In this document: positions 30,001 through 44,187 of the stretch, one piece after another | How positions within the stretch are numbered: the first letter of the stretch is position 1 | Layout: every line of letters begins with the position of its first letter | Source of the DNA: Mobula hypostoma | Taxonomy: Eukaryota | Assembly: GCF_963921235.1 (NCBI RefSeq) | Contig: NC_086100.1 | Coordinates: forward strand, 201,812,001 to 201,876,000 | Direction of reading: 5' to 3' | DNA length: 64,000 bases | The notes under the pieces: generated by a model | Database searches by the model: none | Told to the model about the DNA's origin: nothing | The model's input: the letters and a program-made list of their open reading frames with translations, nothing else | Program-made: the position numbers and the translations under genes

Positions 30001-31190
30001 GAATCTCATTCCTCACCAACAGGGCCACCCCACCCCCTCTGCCCACCTTTCTGTCCCTTCGATAGCACGTATACCCTTGTACATTCAATTCCCAGGTCTG
30101 ATCCCCCTGCAGCCAAGTCTCCGTTATCCCAACAACATCATAGTTACCCATTCGCACCTGAGCTTCAAGCTCATCCGCCTTATTTCTGACACTTCGTGCA
30201 TTCAGATATAGAATTTTTAACCCATTTCTCCTCTCTCTGTTTAAATCGCCGCCTGTTGTGCATAACCCAGCTCCCCGAACTCTCACCGGGCTATACGCCC
30301 TTGAATTTTGTTGTCCTTCTTAAGTTTACTTACTCTTTCTGCACATTTAACTTCATGCTCCGTCAGACCATCCCTCTGCACATGTATCCTCCTTATCACT
30401 CGTCCCGCCTCACCTTTCTCTACTTCACACTTAATATTCCGGAACCGTGTAGTCCCCACCTGTCCTTTATACTTCATCTCGCTATCCTCTCTCACATTCT
30501 GAATCCCTGCCCCCTGCAAATTTAGTTTAAACCCCCCCAAGCAGCACTAGCAAACTTTCCTGCAAGAATGTTAGCGCCCCTCCAGTTCAGGTGTAAACCG
30601 TCCCATTGGAACAGATCCCACCTTCCCTGGAACAAAGCCCAATTATCTAAAAACCTGAAGCCCTCCCTCCTGCACCATCCTCTCAGCCACGTATTGATCT
30701 GTATAATCCTCCTGTTCCTCGCCTCACTCGCACGTGGCACAGGTAGCAATCCTGAGATTGTTACCCTGGAGGTCCTGCCCTTCAGCTTCACACCTAACTC
30801 CCTGATCTCACTACGCAGGACCCCTTCACTCTTCCTACCCACGTCGTTGATCCCTACATGGACCACAACATCTGGATTCTTGCCCTCCCTCTCGAGAATA
30901 ACCTGCACCCGATCTGAGATGTCCCGGACCCCGGCACCAGGGAGGCAACATACCATCCGAGACTCCCGATCTCCCCCACAAAATCTCCTATCTGCCCCCC
31001 TGACTATAGAATCCCCTATCACTACCGCTGTCCTCTCTTCCCTCCTCCCCTTCTGAGTCGAGGGTCCAACCTCAGTGCCAGAGACAGGACCACTGCAACA
31101 ACTTCCTGGTAGGTCATCCCCACCAACAGTATCCAAAACGGTATACTTATTGTTGATGGGAATGGCCACAGGGGTGCTCTGCTCCCTCTG
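27010..31190 (-). mobile_element. Nearly full-length CR1 LINE: ORF1 SGNH/GDSL esterase (30522-31169), ORF2 APE (29576-30286) and RT to 3'UTR
   Basis: VIGDSIVR...CLPGAGV...HVGINDV...DGLHLN; LNARS...GITETWL...YRPP...GDFN...[29 protein letters not shown]. Confidence 0.93.
28834..29152 (-). mobile_element. Short retroposed 3' tail (L1-like) inserted in the CR1
   Basis: Flanked by a CACATACCT duplication (28825-28833 and 29153-29161); minus-strand AATAAA and A-rich tail at the low-coordinate end. Confidence 0.7.
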
Positions 31191-32035
31191 CCTGCAGATT
31201 TGTCTGCAGATTTTAGAACTGGCTCATTTATACCGCTTTTATGGAAGAAATTATTGATTCACTAACTGTGTGCACATGTTGCAGAACAAATTGCCCAGCG
31301 CCAGATTTTTGTGCACTCTGGTGATTACAAATGAGACAGAACATTGGTCATGGTCAACCTCAGTCTCCATGACCAAAAACTTTCCCAGACAAAACCTCCC
31401 GGACACATGCTTGGCACTCTCTGAAAGTAGCCACTGTGGTCACTATAGATACCACTCACTCCTGGAATACACCCAGCTCATTCCGGACTCACTCACGGCA
31501 TACTTGGGGAATTCCCGGATCAGCCCCGCCTTACGCCTGGCACACACCTGGGTCACTCCAGCACGTGGAGTCGGTTCAGAGCTGCTGTGATCTCAGCTGA
31601 CCTGGAGCAGGAGCTCAGTCCTCGCGTTATCAGCTCGAACTGTTGGGGAGGCTTTCAGCTGCTCTTCTGTGGGAATGGAAAACTCAGTCGCAGTGTGGTG
31701 GGTGGGGAGATCAGATTGGGTAGAGGAAAGAGATAGTAAGACCATAAGGCATAGGAGCAGAATAAGGCCATTCGGCCCATTGAATCTGCTCCCCCATTCC
31801 ATGATGGCTTAGTTTCCTTCTGCCTTCTCTGCTGTACCTTTGCTGCCCAGATGAGTCAAGACCCTCGCCTCAGTAGCAGGCGAGGGAGATCCATGCAACA
31901 AGTGTGATGGGTGGACACAGAGGGTGGGGGTGAGATCGGCCTTTACTGCAGACAGCCTGACAGCCTGGTCCATGGGGTAGCAATTAACATGTTCCTGTAG
32001 CCAGGGAGAGCAAGGACTGGAAGCTTGATGTTGAC

Positions 32036-32048
32036 GCGCGTGCACGCA

Positions 32049-32093
<45 letters not shown>
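32036..32093. repeat. (GCAC)n(CA)n microsatellite
   Basis: Directly visible. Confidence 0.9.
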
Positions 32094-32558
32094 CCCTCGG
32101 ATACTGCCGTTTCACGGTAATGGCTGGCCTGAGAGGCATTTCATTAGTAATTTATTTGGTTCGGCACAAGTTTCTGGGCCGCAGAGCCTGTTCCTGTACG
32201 GCCCTGCTCTGTTTATGACAACATCACAGCAGGACACAGAGAGAGGTCTCGGAGGGCCACCCCAACAAACTGACTCGAGCGAATCAGAGAAGTGATGACT
32301 TTACGGTGTACGGATAATCTCCCAGTGTTCAGTGAGCATCAGAGGGGACAGTGTGGGGATGGGGATATTCCCCATGGCGTAGGGGGACGGGTATGGACAG
32401 TGTGGGGGTAGGGATATTCCCCACGGCGTAGGGGGATGGGTGCGGACAGCGTGGGGGCAGGGATATTCCCCACGGCGTAGAGGGACGGGCACGGACAGTG
32501 TGGGCACGGTGTAGAGGGACGGGCGTGGACAGCGTGGGGGTGTAGAGGGACAGGTGTG

Positions 32559-33135
<577 letters not shown>

Positions 33136-33689
33136 TGACACCCCAACATCGTCAACCCGACACTTCGCCTTACACCCCGATGCCCGTCACTCTGACACCC
33201 CAACGCTGGTCACCTGCCACACTGACACCCCGTTAAACCATCATTCATCACACACCGCACTGATACCCATCCCCCTGTCACACCAACAGCCCCCTTCTCT
33301 CCCGTTTGTAGATCCCCACCTCTGGCTACAGAAGTTTAATTTAATTTATTGCAAGTACCTGTACAAAGGTATGAAGGTGTATTGGGTAGGAGGTTCACTG
33401 GTCATTGAAAACTGCTGTGAATAGGCTGGGTTGCTGAGCACCATGGCTTGTTGAGCTGCGAAGGCCTGTTCTTGGCTCTGTCTCTGAATAAATAAGTAAT
33501 ATCCCAATACATCAACTGTTAATTCCCCTCCATGGACACTGCCTCTCCTGCTGAGCTGCTCAGGAGCTTTGTGTGTGTTGTACTGGGTTTCACAGAATCT
33601 CAAGGTTATTCCATGTATACTGTATTAGTCGTGGACACTCCTATGACAAATGTCTACAGACTCCAACAGTAACTAAACACAAACTGTAT

Positions 33690-34500
33690 TAAAATGTTCC
33701 ATTCCAATCTAAGATGAAATTAATCCCCTGTGATGCCCAACAGTCCCAGAACACCTTTATGGTGCATATGGACACTGTGTGTGCCCTCTCCATGATCACC
33801 TGGGCACATCAGGCTGCCCGCCACCCACCTCCAGGACCTGTGGATTCCCAAGTTGGCCAGCCCCCAGATATCCTCCCTCCCCACCCAAACCGCCACGCCC
33901 TCTGCCCCTTCCATACTGGGTTACCACAGGTGGTGAGGGTGGTGCTAAAGGAGGGGAGAAACAGTCCCCTGCCCTCACAGATGTGCAACTAGGGTCTGCA
34001 ATCTTGCACACTCAATGTACACATGGTACACGGTCTCTTCTTGCCTGCAGAAGTGACAGGTAGGTGGGAGATCCATGTACAAAAACACCTCTCTATGCAG
34101 CACCTCCTCACCCAGGTCCCTGATGTACATGAGGTGAGCACCCTTGTCGAAGGACTTCCACTGGGGTCTCCCCCTAGCTCCAAGGTGGAACATCTGACTG
34201 CCACAATGTGTCGGGACGGTGGACAAGGGCTAGGAATTGGAGGAGGTGCCTCCTACCTGCATCTCTGAAAGGAACCGTAGATGTCGATGTCAAGTCTGGA
34301 GGGACCTGCGCCCTGCTGAGATTCTGGGGCCTGGCTCTCACAAGCAGAGCTAAGCTCAGCAGGAATCTCTCCACACCCGGCGTGATAGGGCAGAGGTACA
34401 CTGTTCCCTCGGTCAGGGCACTTTCCCCCTGCCGGCGGAGGGGGTCCCGGCCAGAGGCAGCTCCACTCCTGACTTTCAGTAGGTCCCAGTAAAGATTCAT
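33690..34500 (-). mobile_element. Tx1/L1-like LINE ORF2 C-terminal fragment
   Basis: PTCHFCRQEETVYHVYIECARLQ resembles the C-terminal CCHC finger of Tx1/L1 ORF2; decayed. Confidence 0.55.
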
Positions 34501-34570
34501 GCCCCCCTCCCCCCGTCAGAGAGCAACGCTCACTCCGTATATGTGTTCTTCAGTGCCCCGTGACCTCTGA

Positions 34571-34696
<126 letters not shown>

Positions 34697-34699
34697 TAG

Positions 34700-37600
34700 C
34701 CAGGTCATAAAATCATCCACACTGGCCAAGATTCACGCCTAACTTCATCTGACTTGCCCATGTTTGATCCATTTTCTTCTAAACCTTTTGTATCCATGTT
34801 CCTGCCCAAATGTCTGTCAAATATTGTTCATGCACCTGTCTCAACCACATCTTCTAGCAACTCACCCCATATACTGACCACTCGGGTTCCTATTACATCT
34901 CTCCCTCTCACCTTAAACCTCCACCCTTTAGTCCTCAATTGCCCAACACTGGGTAAAGAGTGTATTAACCCTATCTGTTCCCCTCATGGTTTTAAACACC
35001 TCTATGAGATCACTTTTCAGTCTCCAATGCTCTAAAGAAGTCCCATCCCGTCCATCCTCTCTCTATAACACATTCTCTCAAGTTCTGGCAGTATTATCAT
35101 AAATCTTTCGTGCACTCTTGCCAGTTTGACAACATCTTTCCTATAGCAGGGTGACCAAAACTGAACAGAATACTCAAAGTGGGACCTCACCTGCCTCCTG
35201 TACAATCACACTGTGACTTCCCAACTTTTAAACTCAATACTCTGAGTTGCGAAAGCTAGCACGGCAAAAGTCCTCTTCACCATCCTGTCTACCTGTGACT
35301 CCAGCTTCAGGGAACCATGTGTTTGCACTCCTACCCTGTTCTACAACAGCTGGCACGGTCCTGCCTTTCGGTATGGAGGCCCCATCAGGATTTGACTTTC
35401 CAATATGCAACACCTTACATTTATTCAGATTAAACTCCATTTGCCATTCCTTGGCCCACTTCCCCAGCTGATCAAGATCCCCTGTAACTTCTGATAAACT
35501 TCTTCATTTTCTGCTATACCATCTATCTTAGTGTCACCTACAAACTTAAGTTCCTTTAAATTTCTCCCCCTCACCTTAAACCTCTGCCCTCCAGTTCTTG
35601 ATTCTCCAGCCCTGGGGGAGAAAGACTCATCCCTCTCCCCGACCCCCCTTTCCTCTCCACACCATAGAACAGTTCAGCACAGAAACACGCCCTTCAGCCC
35701 ACAATCTCGGTGCCAACCATGGGTTCCAAATGAAACTAACCCCATATTCCTCCATTCCTTGCGTACGGCTGCCTCCAACTCCACCCCAGGCAGTGCTTTC
35801 CAGTCACCGCCCCTTCCATTTCTGAAAAAAAAACAACTTGCCCCTCACATCTCCTTTCCCTCTCATCTTAAATGTATGCCCTCCAGGGGTACCAGACATG
35901 TTTACCTTGGGAAACAGATTCTCTCTATCTACTCCTCTCATAATCTTATAAACCTCTATCAGATCTCCTGCCAGCCTCTGACACTCCAGAGAAAAGAACC
36001 CAAGTTTGTCCAAACTCTTTTACAGCACAAGCTCTCTGGGTGCAGCAGACTGGGAGACCTTCTCTGCACCCTCGACATCCTTGTTGTAGTGCAGCGATCA
36101 GAAATGAACACAACATTACAAATCTGGTCTCTTGAAAGATTTATATGCTGGCATTTATAGCGAGAGGATTCGAGTACAGGAGCAGGGAGGTACTACTGCA
36201 GTTGTACAAGGCCTTGGTGAGACCACACCTGGAGTATTGTGTGCAGTTTTGGTCCCCTAATCTGAGGAAAGACATCTTTGCCATAGAGGGAGTACAAAGA
36301 AGGTTCACCAGATTGATTCCTGGGATGGCAGGTCTTTCATATGAAGAAAGACTGGATGAACTGGGCTTGTACTCATTGGAATTTAGAAGATTGAGGGGGG
36401 ATCTGATTGAAACGTATAAGATCCTAAAGGGATTGGACAGGCTAGATGCAGGAAGATTGTTCCCGATGTTGGGGAGGTCTAGAACGAGGGGTCACAGTTT
36501 GAGGATAGAGGGGAAGCCTTTTAGGACCGAGGTTAGGAAAAACTTCTTCACACAGAGAGTGGTGAATCTGTGGAATTCTCTGCCACAGCAAACTGTTGAG
36601 GCCAGTTCATTAGCTATGTTTAAAAGGAAGTTAGATATGGCCCTTGTGGCTTCAGGGGTCAGGGGGTATGGAGGGAAGGCTGGGTTCTGAGTTGGATGAT
36701 CAGCCATGATCATAATAAATGGCGGTGCAGGCTCGAAGGGCCGAATGGCCTACTCCTGCACCTATTTTCTATGTTTCTATGTTTCTATATAACTTGCAAC
36801 ATGGCATCCTGCTGTTTACGCTCAATGCCCTGACCGACAAAGGCAGGCAGGCTGTACCCCTTCCGTGGTTCACAAGATAAAGGAGTGGAAGGAAGCCATT
36901 TGGCCCCTCAGATCTGTTTGGCCATTCCAACGTTCCATCTCAACTCCATTCTCCTGCCTCCTTTGACTTCCTAACTAATCGAGAACCTATCAACCTCCAT
37001 TTTAGGTATACCGCATGACCTGGCCTCTCCAGTCATCCACAACAATGAATTCCACAGATTCACCACCCTCTGATGAAATAAACTCCTCCTCATCTCCACT
37101 TGAAAGGGGCATCCCTCTATCCTGAAGCTATCCCAAGATTACTCCCCTTGAGGTCTTGCTTCTCAGCTTCCTTCCGAACTCCCTGAATACTTTTTCCAGG
37201 ACCTCTTCTCTTTTCCTTCCTATGTTGTTGGTACCAATATATACCTCAGCTTCAGGCTGCTCACCCTCCCCTTTCAGGATATTGTGGACGCACTCAGAAA
37301 CATCTCAGGCACCGGCATCTGGGAGGCAAACTACCATCCGTGTTTCCTTGCATCCACAGAATCGCCTATCTGTCCCCCTGACTATCGAGTCCCCTGTTAC
37401 TGCTGCCATCCTCTTCCTTTTCCTACCCTTCTGAGGCACAGGGCCAGACTTGGTGCCAGAGGCACGGCTGCTGTTGCTTCCATGGCCGCTTTCATGGTTG
37501 TGACGAGGCCACACTTAGGTTGGGCGAACAGCAGCTTATATTCCCCATCCCCTTTTCCCTCTCTCACCTCATCTCCTTGCCTGCCCATCACCTCCCTCTG

Positions 37601-40600
37601 GTGCTCCTCCCCCTTTTTTTTCTTCCATGGCCTTCTGTCTCTTCCACCAATTTACTTCCCAAGTCTTCACTTCATCCCTTCCTCCTGCAGGTTTCACCTC
37701 TCACCATGTGTTTCTATTTCTTCCCCCTCCCAACCTTTTAAATCGACTCCCCAGCTTTCTTTCTCCAGTCCTGCTGAGGGGTTTTGGCCTGAAACATCGT
37801 AGAAACAGAGAAAACCTGCAGCACAATACAGGTCCTTCAGCCCACAAAGCTGAGCTGAACAGGTCCTTACCTTAAAAGTTACGTAGGGTAACATAGCCCT
37901 CTATTTTTCTAAGCTCCATGTACCTATCGAAGAGACTCTTAAAAGACCCTATTGTATCCGCCTCCACCACCATCACTGGCAGCCCATTCCATGCACTCAC
38001 CACTCTCTGCGTAAAAAAACTTACCACTGACATCTCCCCTGTACTTACTTCTAAGCACCTTAAAACTGTGCCCTCTTGTGCTAGCCATTTCAGCCCTGGG
38101 AAAAAGCCTCTGACTATCCATGCAATCAATGCCTCTCATCATCTTGTACACCTCTATCAGGTCACCTCTCATCCTCCGTCACTCCAAGGAGAAAAGGCCA
38201 AGTTCACTCAACCTATTCTCATAAGGCATGCTCCCCAATCCAAGCAACATCCTTGTAAATCTCCTCTGCACCTTTTCTATGCTTCCACATCCTTCCTGTA
38301 GTGAGGCGACCAGAACTGAGCACAGTACTCCAAGTGGGGTCTGACCAGGGTCCTATATAGCTGCAACATTACTTCTCAGCTCCTAAACTCAATCCCACGA
38401 TTGATGAAGGCCAATACACCATATGCTTTCTTAACCACAGAGTCAACCTGTGCAGCAGCTTTGAGTGTCCTATGGACTTGGACCCCAAGATCCCTCTGAT
38501 CCTCCACACTACCAAGAGTCTGTCATCATATTTGACCTACCAACATGAACCACCTCACACTTATCCGGGTTGAACTCCACCTACCACTTCTCAGCCCAAT
38601 TTTGGGTCCTATCAATGTCCCCTTGTAACCTCTGACAGCCTTCCACACTATCCACAACACCCCCAACCATTGTGTCATCAGCAAACTTACTAACCCATCC
38701 CTCCACTTCCTCATCCAGGTCACTTATAAAAATCATGAAGAGTAGGGGTCCCAGAACAGATCCCTGAGGCACACCACTGGTCACCGACCTTCATGCAGAA
38801 TATAACCCGTCTTCTGTGGGCAAGCCAGTTCTGGATCCACAAAGCAATGTCCCCTTGGACCACATGCCTCCTTACTTTCTCAATAAGTCTCACGTGGGGG
38901 ACCTTGTCAAATGCCTTGCTGAAATCCATATCTACTGCTCTATCCTCATCAACGTGTTTAGTCACATCCTAAAAAATTCAATCAGGCTCGTAAGGCACGA
39001 CCTGCCTTTGACAAAGCCATGCTGACTATTCCTAATCATATTATATCTCTCCAAATGTTCATAAATCCTGTCTCTCAGGATCTTCTCCATCAACTTACCA
39101 ATCACTGAAGTAAGACTCACTGGTTTATAATTTCCTGGGCTATCTCTACTCCCTTTCTTGAATAATGGAACAACATCTACAACCCTTCAATCCTCTGGAA
39201 CCTCTCCTGTCCTCATTGATGATGCAAAGATCATCTCCAGAGGTTCACTGGAATTCAGAAGGATGACGGGGGGATTCTCATTGAAACCTTTCGAATGTTG
39301 AAAGGCCTAGACAGAGTAGATGTGGAAAGGATGTTTCCCATGGTGGGAGAGTCTAGGACAAGAGGGCACAGCCTCAGGATAGAGGGTCGCCCTTTCAAAA
39401 CAGAGATGTGGAGAAATTTCTTTAGCCAGAGGGTGGTGAATTTGTGGAATTTATTAACACAAGCAGCTGTGGAGGCCAGGTGGTTGGGTGTATTTAAGGC
39501 AGGGATTACTGGGTTGTTGATTGGACACGGCATCAAAGGTTACAGGGAGAAGGCCAGGAACTGGGGTTGAAGAGGAGGGGGAGAAAAGGATCAGCCATGA
39601 TTGAATGGTGGAGCAGACTTGATTGGCCAAATGGCCTAATTCTGCTCCTATGTTTTATGGTCTTATATTAGTCCCCCTCCAGTTTAGGTGCAGGCTGTCC
39701 CTTCTGTACAGGACCCACCTTCCCTGGAAGAGAGCCCAATGATCCAAAAATCTTATACCCTCTTTCCTACACCAACACCTTAGCCACATATTAAACTGTA
39801 TAAACTTCTGAGTTCTGGCCTCACTAGCAGGTGGCCAGGTAGCAATCCTGAGATCACAACCCCGGAAGTCCTGCTCTTTAACTTAGAACCTGACTCCCAG
39901 AGATCCCTATCCAGAATGTCGTCACTTGTCTTGCCCATGTCATTGGTACCTTCATGGACCACGACTTCTGGCTGTTCACCCTCCCACTTAAGACTCGATC
40001 CAGCATTCTGGCTCCAGGGAGGCAATGTACCATCCGGGAATTTTGGTCTCGACCACAGAACCTCCTGTCCATTCCCTGACTAACAAATCCTCTACCACCA
40101 CAGTATGCCTCTTCTTCCCCCTTCCTGTCCGAGTCACAGAGGCAGGCTCAGTGCCAGAGACCTGACCACCGTGACTTTGCAATATTATGTCGCCCCCTCC
40201 CCCCCCCGACAGTATCCAGAGTGGTATACCTGTTGTTCAGGGGTACTCTGCACTGGCTCCTTAACCCCTTTCCCCTTCCTGACTGTCACCCAGTTTCCTG
40301 TGTCCAGCACCTTGGGTTTAACTCCCTGTCTATATGTCCAATCTATCACCCCCTCAGCCTCCCGAATGATCCGGAGTTCATCCAGTTCCAGCTCCAACTC
40401 CTTAACGTGGAGTGCTAGAAGCTGCAACTGGATGCACTTCTCAATTGCAGTTGTAGTCACCAGGGTCAATGGATGTTTCCCTGTCTTCCCACATCCCACA
40501 AGAGGAGCATTTCAGTAACCTGCCTGGCTTCTCTACTGTCCTAGTTGACCAGATAGAAAGAAGAAAAGGAAAAGACTGGAGCTTTTCTTTGTTTTCTCTG

Positions 40601-40760
40601 ACTGAAGCCTCTCTTCACTGAGGCCTCGAAGAGTTAAAGGGTCAAGATCATCTCTCTGACCCTGTCCACTCTGACTGCGTCCACTGCAATGATGGCCACT
40701 GTGCTTGCCCTTGCCTTTCTTTAATTTGATTTTAGTAATCAATCCCAAACGCCGATTTCT
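34700..40760. mobile_element. Nest of CR1 fragments in both orientations: young + 3' end 36140-36790 with (TTTCTATG)n tail, - RT 37800-39245, + 3' end 39245-39665, - ORF1 39670-40500
   Basis: [29 protein letters not shown] and VVCLPDAG motifs; boundaries approximate. Confidence 0.8.
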
Positions 40761-41629
40761 TGTTGGTCAGAGTTCTTTTACTTTGTAGCGACCTGCCACT
40801 GCTCTTTGTCCTTGGACAGTGGAGCTGATTGAAGTCGTCTCCTCTCCCAACTTCCATGTCTGGATTGGCTGCTGATTATAAAGATTGTGATGATTGTATA
40901 AACCTCCACCCTCAGCTTCCTGTGACCAAGCCTGGCCATCTCTCCTTACAACAATTTCTCTGTAGTCGTGGCAACACGCTGGTGAACTTCTCTGCCCTTC
41001 CTCAGCCCCTTCTACCCCACCCTTCCCACTCCCAGGTCAGTCCGCAGTCTCTGACATATCGAACGTTCAATATATACCAATGTATCAGGGTTATTCACGG
41101 TGCAGACCGAGGGACATTTGGTGAAAAGTAAATTTATTATCACAGTACCGATATGTCACCATATGCACCCCGAGATTCATTTTCCTGCAGGCATTCTCAA
41201 TAAATTCAATCACCATAATAGAATCAATGAAAGACCAGCATGCAAAAGACAACAAACTATGCAAATACAAAAAGAAAAAATAAGAATAAGAAGAAATCAA
41301 TATCGAGAAGATGAGATGCAGAGTCCTTGGAAGTGAGTGCGTAGGTTGTGAGAACAGTTCAGAGAAGGGGTAGTGAAGTTGAGTGAAGTCATCTCCTTTG
41401 GTTCGAGAGCTGACTGTTTAGAGTGAAGAGAGCATGGTCTGGGTTGTGGGAGTCCCCGATGATGGACGCTGCTCCCTTGCGACAGTGCACTGTGCAGATG
41501 AGCTCGGAGTTTGCAGTGCCTGGGGAGGGGAAGCTGTGGTGTTGGGTTGGTGAGGAGGGGGTGGGGTGGTCTGGTATGGTATCTGGGTGGTGGTGCCCAA
41601 CCCCTGAGCCTTCCCTCTTCTGTCCGCAG

Positions 41630-41838
41630 CTGCCAGCGGTGACTACTGGCGACTGCTGAACCCCGGCCGTTACGAGGTGACGGTGAAAGCGGCGGGGTTC
41701 GTCCCATCCAGCCAGACCTGCTCCGTCGGTTACGACAGACAGCCGACCATCTGTGACTTCCAGCTGAGCCGCCGGCCGGCGGGTGGGCGGGTTCCCAGGG
41801 GGAGGGGGGCTGTCCGCAGGAGGTCCCAGGTGCACTGA
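41630..41838 (+). CDS. CPXM1: CPXM1-like terminal exon: AASGDYWRLLNPGRYEVTVKAAGF...CDFQLSRRPAGGRVPRGRGAVRRRSQVH-stop
   Basis: cgcag acceptor; GDYWRLL.PG.Y motif; TGA at 41836-41838; candidate poly(A) signals ATTAAA at 42027 and AATAAA at 42088. Confidence 0.92.
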
Positions 41839-42229
41839 GTCCCACCCGCACAGGGCAGCTGGCCTGTCCCTGGAACCACCTCCCCTGAACCCCAACCCCA
41901 GAAGCCAAGGCACCCACTTACTCACAGCACCAGAAGACCCAAACCCCATATTCTGGTGCTCAGGGACAGGGGAGGGCCATTCTGCCCATCGAACCCTGTC
42001 CGTGGGCTAGGAGGTGCCTGTTTGACATTAAAGATCTGAGATTGTTTAAGGTAATTTCCGAAACACAAGTGTAAAGGAGAACGAAATAATAAATATCAAT
42101 ACATAAAACAGCCTATATACATGGATTGATTATATGTCCATAAAATGATGCTCGGCACAGGAGTGTCTGTACATAAGGTGGCTCTGACAGGACATTATAA
42201 AGTCGTGGTGGTGTGTAGTGGGTGATTAG

Positions 42230-42510
42230 TTGGGGGAGGTGTTGATCAGCCTCACTGCTTGGGGAAAGTCACTGTTTTTGAGTCTGGTGGTCCTGGTGTG
42301 GATGTTTGCAGCCTCCTCCCTGATGGGAGTGGGACAGACTGTCCATGATCCTTCGTGATGTTATTGGCCCCTTTCGGGCACCTTTCTGTATAATTGTCCT
42401 TGATGGTGGGTAGGCTAGTGCTGATGAAGCATTGGGCAGTTTTGACCTCCCTGTCTGTAACAGTGCAATTTCCATACCATGTAGTGACGCATGTTGTTGG
42501 GAAGCTCACA
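42230..42510 (-). mobile_element. Rex1/Babar-like LINE 3' fragment
   Basis: TCVTTWYGNCT...LPSGRRL motif in ORF 42252-42509. Confidence 0.5.
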
Positions 42511-43160
42511 TGCGCACAGGCTGGTCACCCCCCTCCCCCACAGTATTGTTCAGATAAGACCCTTCAGCCCACATGTCTCTGCTACCACAAGAACTCCATC
42601 TGGACCAATCCCATGCTCTGGCTCCTGGGTCCACAGCACCTTTCAGCGGGTGTCCAGCTCCTGTGTACCTGCTCCTTCTGCTCACACCCTCCACCAGCAC
42701 GTGCTGATGACCCCACGGACACACTGAGCACTCACTGCGCATCTCCGGGGAGTCCCTCTCATATCCTCTCACTGTCTGTGGGAACAAAGGGAGAAGTCAT
42801 GCTGTGTTCACTGATGTCCAGAGACCCTACAGCAAAAGAATCAATAAAGTCTCTCAGTTACTCGTCCAGCTCATTCCCAAGAAGCCACCACACCACGGGC
42901 ACTCGCACGACATGTATACTCGCTTCCGGTCAACTTGTGCAGAGTCACACCTCCAATGCACACAGATCAGAGTTCGATAGGACAGAAACACGTCCTATGG
43001 CCCACCGGCTTCCCTCCACACTAATTCCATTTGCTTCCAGTAAGACCACGTCCATCTGTGCAACACACCGAGGTGAAGAGGAATACACAACTTATCCATA
43101 AACGACAGAGGACAGTGGTTACACTATTACCCATAGACGACAGAGGGCAGTGGTTACACT

Positions 43161-44160
43161 TGTGATGATATCCTGAGTTACTCATTATGGACTGCACTTT
43201 TAAAAAGAGAGAGTGCAGCTGTACAGCACAAACAGCTTGTTACCGAGAGAGAGGGGTGAAGATGGCTCACAGTTTGTTTGGGATTTCTGCAAGGACACTG
43301 CCAGCTTCTGAGTTCCTACAGAGAGAGAAGGGAGGAGCTACTTGATGGACAGCTGGTGTTCAGCACAACAGTATTTAAACCAGCGTAGTTGCTTGTTTCA
43401 CAGGACGCACAGAAAAAGGGACACATAGATGCACTAAGGTGTGGTGAAATTGCCACTACACTTTCAGGTGCCCAATAGTGTGGGACTGAGGATCGATTGT
43501 GATTTGGATTTAAGTGAGGGAGAGTTGCGCAGCGTCAGCCTCACTCTTCCCAATTCCCATCTGGATCCAGTGGCAAGACAGAGTCTAGACGGCTGGAGAT
43601 GGGACTAGGCGCAGTGGATGACCAGGACATCTTCTGTGTCTTATCCTGCTCTACACGTTCCACGACGCTTGCAGAGACCGCCTTCTTGACCGTTGGACCT
43701 TCCATCGGTCTCGTTCGCTCAATCCACCAGAGTCTGTCTTCACATGCTGGGATAGACAACTCCCTATCTCACCGAGGGTTTGAGACCCGTCGGCTACCCT
43801 CACCTGGTTTAGCTGGTTTGTTGAAGCCGTTGCCCGGGGTGTGGCCGCTGTCGCATGCAAACAGCTATGAGGAGCCACAGGTGAGAGCTGAGTGCCAGGT
43901 GGGGACCAAAAGTGGACTAACCGCCTTGAAAAGGACACGATGTGTTCCCTGAGCAGAGGTGCTACCCCTCCCTGACACCCTATACACCTCATTTCCACAC
44001 CTGTATATGCATAAACTCTGCTAACCTGTTTGATTCATCTAGTTTTATATTACTATATTGCATAGTTACTAATAAAAATAGTATTAGTAAACTGCAAAAG
44101 CAGACTCCAGGTGTGTTCCATTTCTGCTGGTTCTTTTAACCCGTTATGGGGTACGTAACA
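43161..44160 (+). mobile_element. Solo LTR inserted in the 35-bp satellite; contains a probable secondary retroposon at about 43500-43950
   Basis: TGTGATG...CGTAACA termini, CACT TSD (43157-43160 and 44161-44164), AATAAA at 44071; the satellite unit resumes exactly after it. Confidence 0.8.
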
Positions 44161-44187
44161 CACTATTACCCAATAGCAACAGAGGAA

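Noticed and set aside
30522..31169. Host GDSL lipase/esterase gene
   Set aside because: It lies directly upstream of APE-RT; an esterase ORF1 is a known feature of CR1-group LINEs
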